NCBI GenBank assembly: GCA_035946615.1
Contig: DASYZB010000008.1
Location: forward strand, 40,273 to 104,272
Length of the DNA stretch: 64,000 nucleotides
Direction: 5' to 3'
From: Verrucomicrobiia bacterium
GTDB lineage: Bacteria; Verrucomicrobiota; Verrucomicrobiia; Limisphaerales; UBA8199
Under the pieces are notes generated by a model, which saw only the letters and a list, made by a program, of their open reading frames with translations, had not been told where the DNA came from and ran no database searches. The stretch's first letter is position 1. Each line of letters starts with the position of its first letter. The position numbers were made by a program, and so were the translations under genes. Of this stretch, positions 26,483 through 35,193 are shown in pieces.

Positions 26483-28167
26483 AGCGCGAGCAGACACTCC
26501 CTTCTGCCAGAAAGGGCTCCGCTCCTCGCGCGGCCCCAGCAAAAGCGGGGTCTTGGCAAAGGCCAAGCCGGAGCTGGTTGCCGATGGTCTATATCGCCTT
26601 GTTTGTGGGCGCGTTCCTGCTGCTTTTCTGCAATCTCGACGGGCGGCTCTTTTGGGGTGATGAAGCCGAGACGGCCACGCTGGCCAGGAATGTCTTGCGC
26701 TTCGGCATTCCCAGAACATTCGACGGCGCCAACCGCCTGAGCCTTTATGGGGCCGGGTTTGATGCCAACGCGCATGATGTTTGGACCTGGTCACCCTGGT
26801 TGCAGCAGTACATCGCTGCGGCTGGATTTTACATGTTCGGTCCAACCACCTGGGCCGGGCGCGTGCTGTTTGCGCTGGTTGCCTGGGGCTCGCTCGGGCT
26901 GCTGGCGCTGGTCGCCTGGCGAATTTATCGCGATCATCGGGTCGCGATTGCCGCATCTCTTCTGGTCGCCACTTCGGAAGTGTTCCTCCTCCATGCTCGC
27001 CAGTGCCGCTATTACTCGGTCTCGGTCCTTGGGGAGATACTCTTCATTTACGGGATTTACCAACTGCTCGCCGGCAAGAGAGCCGGGACGTGGACATTGT
27101 CGCTGGCGTTGGTTCTGCAATTTTACAGTAATTATATCGTAGCGGCGGCGAACCTGCCGCTGCTGGCGCCCTTGGCCTGGACGCTTTGCAAGAAGCAAAA
27201 GCCGATGGCGTTCCGAGTCGTTTTGAGCGTCGTCCTGCTTTGCGTCTGCGCCATTCCATGGGTGCTTTACGCGCACTCCTGGCGGCAGTCGGGGGCTTTG
27301 ACCCACCAAAACCTAGCATGGAAGGCCTGGTACTACCTGAGTGAGTTCAATTTCCATTTGATGCCCTGGAGTTTTCTGCTGTTGCCCGCAGCCGGTGTGT
27401 TGGTTCGGAGGCGGTTGGCCCGAACTAACAAGGCGACTGTGGGGCGGGAATTGGAAGCAGCCACAAAGACCGGCGCGTGCCCGGTGAACAAACCGGGCAC
27501 TTCAGCCGAGAGCCCCGAAACCATACGCCCGTTTGAAATTCATCTGAGTTTATTGTTGCCTCTCTACATTCTCGTTATATTGGCGCCGCCCGGGACGTTC
27601 ATCCGCTACCTGCTGCCTCTGTTGCCGGTGGCCTGTCTGCTGGGCGCTGCTTGGGTGTTTCGCTATGTGCGCCGGATGTCCCTGGCCATGGGCCTCGTGG
27701 GTGTTCAGTGCGCCTGTAATCTCTTTGCCATAGCCCCGTTTTATCCGTTGAAAGGCGAGCACACGTTCCGCTGGCCATTTATCGAGTATGTCACGCATTT
27801 CACTCGCCCTTACACCGACCGCTGCGCCGACGTGGTGGGATTCCTGAATCAAGCGGCCAAGCCGGGCCAAACGGTGGCTGTGTCCGACCCTGAATTTCCC
27901 TTGAAGTTCTACACGCCGTTGCGGGTCCTGGACGCCCGTTTTGAAACGATTACCCAACCGCTGCCCGAATGGATTCTCTCCGAGAGCGCCTCGGGCGTGG
28001 TGAACCAGCACCCGCTCGAACTGCCCCAGGTCCTGGCGCCGTTCTACGAACCTATCACCATCCAGGTCCACGCCTCCCCGCGCCGCGCCAGCATCCCTGA
28101 ACCCGACACCTGGCAGTATGAGACCACCACGAACAAGGCGCCTTTCATTATCTACCGTAAGAAATGA
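26479..28167 (+). CDS. GT-C fold membrane glycosyltransferase paralogue (ArnT/PMT-like)
   Basis: The protein is polytopic and has the first-loop motif LFWGDEAETATLARNVLRFGIP. GTG 26479 overlaps the upstream TGA (GTGA), suggesting translational coupling. The track start at 26425 is also possible. Confidence 0.6.
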   Translation: MKREQTLPSARKGSAPRAAPAKAGSWQRPSRSWLPMVYIALFVGAFLLLFCNLDGRLFWGDEAETATLARNVLRFGIPRTFDGANRLSLYGAGFDANAHDVWTWSPWLQQYIAAAGFYMFGPTTWAGRVLFALVAWGSLGLLALVAWRIYRDHRVAIAASLLVATSEVFLLHARQCRYYSVSVLGEILFIYGIYQLLAGKRAGTWTLSLALVLQFYSNYIVAAANLPLLAPLAWTLCKKQKPMAFRVVLSVVLLCVCAIPWVLYAHSWRQSGALTHQNLAWKAWYYLSEFNFHLMPWSFLLLPAAGVLVRRRLARTNKATVGRELEAATKTGACPVNKPGTSAESPETIRPFEIHLSLLLPLYILVILAPPGTFIRYLLPLLPVACLLGAAWVFRYVRRMSLAMGLVGVQCACNLFAIAPFYPLKGEHTFRWPFIEYVTHFTRPYTDRCADVVGFLNQAAKPGQTVAVSDPEFPLKFYTPLRVLDARFETITQPLPEWILSESASGVVNQHPLELPQVLAPFYEPITIQVHASPRRASIPEPDTWQYETTTNKAPFIIYRKK

Positions 28168-28307
28168 AAGCCGGGTGGAACGGGTCTTTTAGCCCATGAA
28201 GCATGCTCAAAGAGAACAAGAAGAACTGGAAAGCATTTCTGTTTGGCGGCGCGGCCCTGCTCGTTTTGGTTGTCGTTTCGGTTGTGTTCGGGTTATCGCT
28301 TTAGACT

Positions 28308-29960
28308 GTGATGCGACGTTTAATCGGCATAGGCCCCAAGTACCCCATCCTGGCGGCAGGCGTGCTGACCCTGACTGGCGCGACGGTGTTGTGGGCGGGA
28401 ACGACGGTCGAGTGGAAGGGCGGTGGGGGCGATTGGCAAGACACGGCGATGTGGGGCGGCACGCTGCCGTCGCGAACGGCTGAAGCCCGGATCAACGGAA
28501 CGCACGAGAAGCCGAGCCCGGTGAAGTTGGCGGGCGCGGACGTGCTGGTCAACCACCTGAGCGTGGGGGACGGCGGGAACAGCCTGGCCTCGCTGGTCCT
28601 GGATGGGCCGTCGCTGACGGTCAGCGGGGCCATCGACCTGGGCAAGTACAACGGTTCGGACGGGAGATTTGTCTTAAAATCGGGCCATTTGTTCCTCGGC
28701 ACTATCTTCGTTTCGGGCGGGGGCGGCCCTGGCATGCGAGGCCGGGGCAATGTTGAAATTGAGGGTGGCAGTCTCGTCACCAAAGACATTGAGTTGGGTG
28801 TTTCTGCCGGTTGCAGTTCCACCGTGCGCGTTGTCGGAACCAAGGCGTCCGGCATTGTCGCGGAGGACGGGTTGCACATCGGCGTTTACAACTATCTGCA
28901 CCTGGGCGGGGTGATCGAGACGAAGGGGTTGGTAATCCGCGAACCGTACATCACCATCGCCGGCCAGACTGCCCCGGGTGACGGCATTTGCATCAAGAAG
29001 ACCCAGAGCGGCGGGGACGCTTTGCGGCTCTCGGGAACGCATGACGTGATCCTCCGTTTTTTGCGCGTTCGCGCCGGAAATAATACCGGCCAGTTCCGGT
29101 GCGACACCTTCCGCGTCTATGACAGTGACAATTTCATCGTCGATCATTGCTCGTGCAGTTGGGGCAACCCCGAAACGCTGTCCGCTTCGGGCTCGGTTGA
29201 CCGGTACACGGTGCAGTGGTGCATCAATTCGGAAGGCAACAATCAGCAGCGGCATCCCTTCGCCAGCATTGTGGGGGGAGACCGCAGCACGTGGCATCAC
29301 AATCTCTTCGCCCACATGCTGAGCCGCGTCCCGCGCTGGGGCGACATCACGGTGCAGTGCGATTTCCGCAACAACGTCATCTATGACTGGGGCCATACCT
29401 GCGGCTACGGCGACCTGCGCACGTTGAACTACATCGACAACTACCTGCGCCCAGGCGCCTCCACGACGCAACGCCCGCCCTATTTCATCGTCGACCCGAA
29501 AGTGGCCTTGCCGGCGTCGATATATATCAGCGGCAACGTCATGGCGGGGAAGCCCGCTGTCTGCGCTGACAATTGGAAAGGGGTGAAAGGCGACCCGTCT
29601 TTGCAGGCCCAGGCCCCGTTTCCGGCCCCGCCCGTGCAGACGCAATCCGCCCAGGGGGCTTTTGAACTGGTTCTCGATAAAGCCGGCGCAACCTTGCCCA
29701 AACGCGACGCGGTGGATGCGCGGATCGTGTCGGACGTTCGTAACGGGACTGGGCGGATCATTCGTAATGAGAACGAGGTCGGTGGCTTGCCGGCGTATGC
29801 CTCTCGTGAACCCCCGGCGGACGCCGCGAACGACGGCATTCCCGACGAATGGAAGAAAGCCCACGGGCTGCCGCTAAACGATTCGAATGTTGCGAATGCC
29901 ATCAACGCGGATGGATATACAGAGTTGGAAGTGTACTTGAATTGGCTGGTGAAACGGTGA
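28308..29960 (+). CDS. pectate-lyase-like (PL1-type) right-handed beta-helix protein
   Basis: The motifs ITIAGQTAPGDGICI, FIVDHCSCSWG and SRVPRWGD..VQCDFRNNVIYDWG fit the PL1 pattern (DH.S.SW / R.PR.R.G...NN..Y.W). The C-terminal tail reads DGIPDEWKKAHGLPLNDSNVANAINADGYTELEVYLNWL. The N-terminus has WKGGGGDWQDTAMWGG. Confidence 0.65.
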   Translation: MMRRLIGIGPKYPILAAGVLTLTGATVLWAGTTVEWKGGGGDWQDTAMWGGTLPSRTAEARINGTHEKPSPVKLAGADVLVNHLSVGDGGNSLASLVLDGPSLTVSGAIDLGKYNGSDGRFVLKSGHLFLGTIFVSGGGGPGMRGRGNVEIEGGSLVTKDIELGVSAGCSSTVRVVGTKASGIVAEDGLHIGVYNYLHLGGVIETKGLVIREPYITIAGQTAPGDGICIKKTQSGGDALRLSGTHDVILRFLRVRAGNNTGQFRCDTFRVYDSDNFIVDHCSCSWGNPETLSASGSVDRYTVQWCINSEGNNQQRHPFASIVGGDRSTWHHNLFAHMLSRVPRWGDITVQCDFRNNVIYDWGHTCGYGDLRTLNYIDNYLRPGASTTQRPPYFIVDPKVALPASIYISGNVMAGKPAVCADNWKGVKGDPSLQAQAPFPAPPVQTQSAQGAFELVLDKAGATLPKRDAVDARIVSDVRNGTGRIIRNENEVGGLPAYASREPPADAANDGIPDEWKKAHGLPLNDSNVANAINADGYTELEVYLNWLVKR

Positions 29961-29994
29961 ATAAAGTGGTAGTGGCTGGAGCGCCTGATTGTCT

Positions 29995-30261
29995 ATGAAC
30001 GTAAACGAGATTAACGCCTATCTGCAGCGCGCGCAGGAAATTATCGGAGAGAGGTCCCAGCCCGAGATCGACTACGATAATTCCGTGGTAGCGCATTTGA
30101 GCAAGGGGATGGACATCCAGCGAGCCATCCGAGCCGCTAACCGTGAGCACCCGGAAGAGGCCTTGCAACCGTTGCCCGAGCACTGGCCCGATTTGGCTTC
30201 GCGTTACATCTACATTATGGAACACAAGGCAATCCTTCAGAGACTGGGGATGAAAGAATGA
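29995..30261 (+). CDS. small hypothetical protein (88 aa)
   Basis: The ORF starts at an ATG and has non-repetitive composition (MNVNEINAYLQRAQEIIGER..). I recognised no motif. Confidence 0.35.
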   Translation: MNVNEINAYLQRAQEIIGERSQPEIDYDNSVVAHLSKGMDIQRAIRAANREHPEEALQPLPEHWPDLASRYIYIMEHKAILQRLGMKE

Positions 30262-30276
30262 TGAGCCAATGCGTTG

Positions 30277-30343
30277 CGCAGACTTCCAGCCTGCCGTATC
30301 GCGGATTTCCAATTAGCGGACGTAAGAGCTTTCCACCTTGCGG
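30277..30343 (+). repeat. three degenerate ~20-bp units sharing a YTTCCA core
   Basis: The units are cgcaGACTTCCAgcctgccg (30277-30296), cgcgGATTTCCAattagcgg (30300-30319) and agaGCTTTCCAccttgcgg (30325-30343), with a period of about 23-25 bp. Confidence 0.6.
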
Positions 30344-30569
30344 TTGAACTCTCCTCCTTTGGAGCGAACGCCAATACAGTGTCCTGTCCGACGTCTTTGG
30401 CTCGCCGCACCTCACCACTGCCGCTGGGCGGAACGGGTCTGATCTTACAAAAGCGTGACAACTCCAGTGACAAGTCTAAACACAATGCTGACATGATTAC
30501 TTCACACAGGACCGTGGCGGGCGCTCCCCCCAGGAACCGGCCGCATGGTTACGGCTAAAAACCACGTTC

Positions 30570-31682
30570 TCACTCCAAAGCAGACCCCGGTATGTTCTCC
30601 CATTTGCGGTGTTGGGCGCCTTTATACATGGCTTCCATCACGACGACCCGGGCGGCAGCCTCAGAGGGGGAGACCAGGGGCTGGTCTTTTGCTCCGGCAA
30701 CGGCATCGAGGAATTGGTGCAACGGCGCCCGGGGTGCGTGCGGCAAATTTGTGTAGGCGTCCTTGCTGTCAATTTCTGGCCGGTGCTTGCTGCGGTAATA
30801 GAGATGATTGTCATAGACCAACGCGTGGCCTTCGGTCCCGCTGATGATCAACTGAACGGGGTCTTCGACATCGACCCAGCCGGCCGCCAGTGTCCCAATG
30901 ATGCCGTTCCTGAATTGGATTAGGCCTTCGCCGGATTCGTCACAATTACCGTAGCGGCCAGTGACGGACCGCATGTCGGCCGTTACCGCCTCGATGTCGC
31001 CGAGCAACCACATGAGGATGTCCAGTTTATGCGTCCCGAGATCGCCATAGGCCCCCACGCCGGCAATCTTGGGGTCAGCCATCCAGCGATAATCGGTGTC
31101 AAACCAGCCTTCGAGAGCGCCGCTATGGCAATTGGAACCGCGCGCACGGGTAATCTTGCCCAGATTGCCCTGGGCGATTTCCTGTTTCAGGAACAGATGC
31201 TTCGGATCGGTCCGGCTGAAATAGCCGGTCGTAAATAACAGGTGCGCCTTTTCAATCGCCTCGGCCATGGCCAGGCTTTCTTTGCCTGTAATGCCAAGGG
31301 GCTTCTCGACAAACATGTGTTTGCCGGCCTTGGCCGCCGCCAGCACCAGGTCGTGGTGCCGGTTGGTTTCCGAGCAAACCACAATCGCCGTAATTTCGGG
31401 GTCGGCCCAGATTTGTTTCACGTCAGGCACGGCATTGGCGCCCAGCTCGGTCGCCTTCTTCTCCGCGCGCGCGGGATCATGGTCCCAGACGGACTTGACC
31501 TGCACGTCTTTTCGAGTCTTCACCAAATTGACATAGCCGGGTGTATGGATATGGGCGACGCCAACGAAAGCGATGGTGGTTTGTTTGTCGCCCTGGCCCC
31601 AGGCTGAGGGGAGCGCTGCGGCGGCCAGGGCGGCGGCGCTCGATGTGCGAAGAAATTGGCGGCGGGTGAGGTCTGTGTTCAT
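30570..31682 (-). CDS. Tat-exported Gfo/Idh/MocA-family oxidoreductase
   Basis: The twin-arginine signal is MNTDLTRRQFLRTSSAAALAAAALPSAWG. It is followed by a Rossmann start IAFVGVAHIHTPGY and an EKP-type motif (MFVEKPL). Confidence 0.85.
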   Translation of the reverse strand: MNTDLTRRQFLRTSSAAALAAAALPSAWGQGDKQTTIAFVGVAHIHTPGYVNLVKTRKDVQVKSVWDHDPARAEKKATELGANAVPDVKQIWADPEITAIVVCSETNRHHDLVLAAAKAGKHMFVEKPLGITGKESLAMAEAIEKAHLLFTTGYFSRTDPKHLFLKQEIAQGNLGKITRARGSNCHSGALEGWFDTDYRWMADPKIAGVGAYGDLGTHKLDILMWLLGDIEAVTADMRSVTGRYGNCDESGEGLIQFRNGIIGTLAAGWVDVEDPVQLIISGTEGHALVYDNHLYYRSKHRPEIDSKDAYTNLPHAPRAPLHQFLDAVAGAKDQPLVSPSEAAARVVVMEAMYKGAQHRKWENIPGSALE

Positions 31683-31879
31683 GTTGAAGTCTTAATTGTT
31701 GTGTTGATATGCCAAAGTAAATGCGCAGGGCAGGGGACCCGGCCTACAATTCATGCAGACCGTCTTCCCTCACGGGGCGAGCTTTGGACATCATGTTTTA
31801 CTCAGCGCCGAAACTACCACGTGCAAACTGTGCCTGCCAAGAGTTGAGTTCCAGCCCCGTACCGGCTAAAAGATGAGCC

Positions 31880-33682
31880 GTGAAGACACTCTCGTTTGTT
31901 TTGCTTCTGTTGCTGGCCGCCTGCGCCCGGCCGAAATCATCGAGTCCGTCCGCCCCGCGGGCAGACCAGCCCACAACATCAAGCGATGCTCAGGATGCTG
32001 CCTTTGCGCAGCTCGCCGATGAGTATATTGCAGGTTACCTGGCATGGCGGCCTTTGGTTGGAACCACACTCGGGCTGCACCAGTATGACGGCAAGATAAC
32101 CGATTTCAGCCAGGCCTCCCTCAAGACCGAGTTGGGGCGCTTAAAGTCTTACGAGCGGCGGCTGGCAGAGGTGAAAACCGCCCAGTTGAGCTTCACCCCT
32201 TACTACGACTATCGCATTCTGCTCGGGGCGATTGAGCGTGAAATATTCGGGTTCGAGCAGATGCAGGTCTATTCGCGTAATCCGATGACCTACGCCGATG
32301 CACTGGACGTGAGCATCTACGTCAAACGCAACTTCGCTCCGCTCGACGACCGGGTGCGTTCGATTATCGCCATCCTCGATCGGGCGCCGAATATTTTTGC
32401 CGCGGCGCGCAGGAATCTTGCCGAGGTGCTGCCTCGGCCAGAGGTGGAAACGGCCATTGAAGAGGCCAACGGCACAGCGGATTTCCTGGGCAAAGACCTG
32501 GTTGAGACGCTTCACGAGGTAAAAGACCAAAAGCTGATGGCCGATTTCCAAGCGGCCAACAGCCGCGCGATTCAAGAACTGCGGGCGTACGTGGCGTACC
32601 TCAAGGAGAAAAAACTGCCCCAGGCGGATAATTCGTTCGCCCTGGGCCGTGAGAAGTATGTGAAGATGCTTCAATCCGGGGAGATGCTGGATTTGGCGCC
32701 GGAGAAGGTGCTCGAGTTGGGCATGGCCGAACTGCGGCGCAACCAGCGGGTGTTCGCGGAGGCAGCGCGCGAGATCGACCCCAACCAAAAACCGAGTGCG
32801 ATGTATCAAGCAATTCAAAAGGAGCATCCCGCAGCGGATGCGTTGATTCCAGACACGGCCAAGGGCCTGGAACAAATCCGCCAGTTTGTGGTGGATCGGC
32901 GGATCATCAACATCCCTTCGCCCGTGCGGGCGCAGGTGATGGAGACGCCGCAATTCCTGCGCGCCACCAGTTTTGCCTCGATGGATACGCCCGGGCCGTT
33001 TGAGGCCAAAGCGGCCGAGGCCTATTATTACGTCACCCCGGTGGAACCGGATTGGACGCCCAAGCAGAAGGAAGAATGGCTGAGCGCGTTCAATTACTAC
33101 GACATCGCCGTGACTTCAATCCATGAGGCTTACCCGGGCCATTACGTGCAGTTTCTGTGCCTGAACGCCTCGCCGGCAACGAGGCTGGAGAAGATTCTCA
33201 CCAGCTACGCCTTCACCGAAGGGTGGGCGCATTACTGCGAACAGATGATGCTCGATGAGGGGTTCGGCGCCAGCCCCTCGAAATCTCCGACTCGCGAGGA
33301 GCAGGTCACCGCCGCCAAGTACCGCGTGGCGCAGGCTGATGAAGCGCTGTTGCGCGTGTGCCGTTTGTGCGTTTCCATCAAGATGCATTGCCAGGGCATG
33401 AGCGTGGATGAAGCGACACGATTCTTCGAGGACAACTGCTATTACGAGGAGAAACCGGCCCGAGACGAGGCCATTCGCGGCACGTTTGACCCCGAGTATC
33501 TCTACTACACGGTGGGCAAGCTGGAAATCCTCAAATTACGGGCGGATTACCAGCGTCAGGAGGGTGCGAGATTTTCGCTCAGGCGGTTCCATAACGAAAT
33601 GCTTCGGCACGGCGCCCCGCCCCTGCGCCTGCTGCGCGAGGCTATGTTGAAAGACAAAAGCACGTGGGACCAGGTGCTCTAA
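31880..33682 (+). CDS. DUF885-family lipoprotein (metallopeptidase-like)
   Basis: The gene has a GTG start and a lipobox (LLLLLAAC). The motif IHEAYPGHYVQ is characteristic of DUF885. Confidence 0.75.
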   Translation: MKTLSFVLLLLLAACARPKSSSPSAPRADQPTTSSDAQDAAFAQLADEYIAGYLAWRPLVGTTLGLHQYDGKITDFSQASLKTELGRLKSYERRLAEVKTAQLSFTPYYDYRILLGAIEREIFGFEQMQVYSRNPMTYADALDVSIYVKRNFAPLDDRVRSIIAILDRAPNIFAAARRNLAEVLPRPEVETAIEEANGTADFLGKDLVETLHEVKDQKLMADFQAANSRAIQELRAYVAYLKEKKLPQADNSFALGREKYVKMLQSGEMLDLAPEKVLELGMAELRRNQRVFAEAAREIDPNQKPSAMYQAIQKEHPAADALIPDTAKGLEQIRQFVVDRRIINIPSPVRAQVMETPQFLRATSFASMDTPGPFEAKAAEAYYYVTPVEPDWTPKQKEEWLSAFNYYDIAVTSIHEAYPGHYVQFLCLNASPATRLEKILTSYAFTEGWAHYCEQMMLDEGFGASPSKSPTREEQVTAAKYRVAQADEALLRVCRLCVSIKMHCQGMSVDEATRFFEDNCYYEEKPARDEAIRGTFDPEYLYYTVGKLEILKLRADYQRQEGARFSLRRFHNEMLRHGAPPLRLLREAMLKDKSTWDQVL

Positions 33683-33710
33683 ACCAGGAGACCACGGATT
33701 CCACGGAATG

Positions 33711-33742
33711 GATTTTTGAATTTTGATTTTAGATTTTCGATT
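33711..33742 (+). repeat. 4.5 x 7-bp AT-rich tandem repeat GAWTTTN
   Basis: Read directly as gattttt gaatttt gatttta gattttc gatt. It lies in the convergent gap between stops 33682 and 33757. Confidence 0.8.
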
Positions 33743-33756
33743 GTGGGAGCACCAGG

Positions 33757-35193
33757 CTACTGCAACTTGTTGGGCATCCCGGTTAGCATCGTATAAAGCT
33801 GCGAGAGGATAGCCCCGGTGTGCTGGGTGCGCACGTCCTTGCCAAACAGGACTGCCGCTGCGCCTTCAAAATCCTGCATCATCATGCAATAGCTGCTGTT
33901 TGCCATGACTCCAAGAAACTCACCGGTCCGGCTGAACACCAAATCGCCGCGGGAAGGGTTGAATTGACCAAACAGGCCCTTGAGCATGCCGCGATTGAGG
34001 CGCACGTAACCCGGGGTGGTGGTATCGATCTCGAATTTGCACTCGCCGTAATATCCATCACGCGCGCCAACCAGCACCGCATCCTGGAATTTATAGGGAT
34101 CGGAAACGACGTGATAAATCCTGCAACCAAGCTGGCGCGCCTGCTCGGCGGTAAGCGGAATCAGCAACACGCGCGGGTCGCGCAGGCAAAAGATGACCGA
34201 TCGGATGGGCACCGCTGCTTTGCCACGGCTTAGGTCGCCGGTGAGCGCCTCCCAATCCGTACCCGGATTCCAGAGCGTCAGCGGAGTGTCCTGCACATGG
34301 CACAAAGCATAAATATTCACGCCATCGGTTATCAGCACCGTGGCTGTCCCGCGGTTCTTCGTTGCTTCGCCAAAAAGCCCGGCCCGGCTCGCGTCGAACT
34401 CGGCTTGAACGCGATTGGTGAGAAAGTCGCTGAAGATGGTATTGGGGGCCAGTGGCCGGCTTTCGCGGACCTGTTGGGCCAGTTCATCCGACTTGGTTGC
34501 CAGGGCCTTGACGCCCTCGGCGAGCCTGGCCTTTTCCTCACGCTCGACCTTGACCTCCTCACGCATGGAGACCACCTGCTGGGCCGCAACGTTCTTCTCA
34601 ACCTCGGCGACCTGGAGCTGGCCGGCCAACTGCTGCTTCTGCGCAAGGACGACCTCGTTACTGTGGGCCAATTGCCCAAGCTGTTGCTGGAGCGCCGCCG
34701 CCTGCTCTGCCTGTTTCTGCATCTCCGCCTGCATCGCGGCGAGTTTCTCCTTCGACAGGATGGCATCGACTGAGGTGCTGTGGAGTTGTTGGTTGAGGTT
34801 CTCGATATTGGTTTGAGCGCTGGCGAACTGCTGCTGGAGGGCGGCCTGTTCCTGCTGAAAACGCACCGTCTCCTGCTCGCGCAACTGAAGCTGCTGCTGG
34901 AGGTCTTGCTCCTGCTTTTCGCGCTGAACCAAAAGGGCCTCCTGATGTGTGGAGTTCTCGCGGGTCTTGGCTAACTCGCTGAGTATTTGGTCCCGGTTCC
35001 TGCGCTCTTCTTCGAGCGCCAGGCGCATGACGCCGGCAAGGTCTTTGCCGCTATCGGCCGGCTTGGTCGCGATGTCCATTTTGACCTGGCGCGGGGTGCC
35101 TTCGTCAGCGGCCTTGTTAATATCGACCGTTGAGAAGGCCAGCAAGCTGACCAGGAGGAAATCGCAGATAACGATTAAGATGGAGCGGTTCAT
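33757..35193 (-). CDS. MotB/ExbD-like single-pass protein with long coiled coil and C-terminal trypsin-fold-like domain
   Basis: The N-terminal TM segment MNRSILIVICDFLLVSLLAF has an embedded Asp (compare MotB YADFMTAMMAFF). A Q/E/L-rich helical region of about 190 aa follows. The C-terminal motifs GTATVLITDGVNIYALCHV, RDPRVLLIPL and NPSRGDLVFSRTGEFLGVMAN appear in the order found in S1C peptidases. The gene overlaps the upstream gene by ATGA. Confidence 0.5.
   Translation of the reverse strand: MNRSILIVICDFLLVSLLAFSTVDINKAADEGTPRQVKMDIATKPADSGKDLAGVMRLALEEERRNRDQILSELAKTRENSTHQEALLVQREKQEQDLQQQLQLREQETVRFQQEQAALQQQFASAQTNIENLNQQLHSTSVDAILSKEKLAAMQAEMQKQAEQAAALQQQLGQLAHSNEVVLAQKQQLAGQLQVAEVEKNVAAQQVVSMREEVKVEREEKARLAEGVKALATKSDELAQQVRESRPLAPNTIFSDFLTNRVQAEFDASRAGLFGEATKNRGTATVLITDGVNIYALCHVQDTPLTLWNPGTDWEALTGDLSRGKAAVPIRSVIFCLRDPRVLLIPLTAEQARQLGCRIYHVVSDPYKFQDAVLVGARDGYYGECKFEIDTTTPGYVRLNRGMLKGLFGQFNPSRGDLVFSRTGEFLGVMANSSYCMMMQDFEGAAAVLFGKDVRTQHTGAILSQLYTMLTGMPNKLQ

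Noticed and set aside
25826-29864. Long minus-strand ORFs 25826..26956 (376 aa) and 28674..29864 (396 aa).
   Set aside because: They are antisense to the GT-C glycosyltransferase and pectate-lyase-like genes. They are Arg/Pro/Gly-rich and have no motifs.
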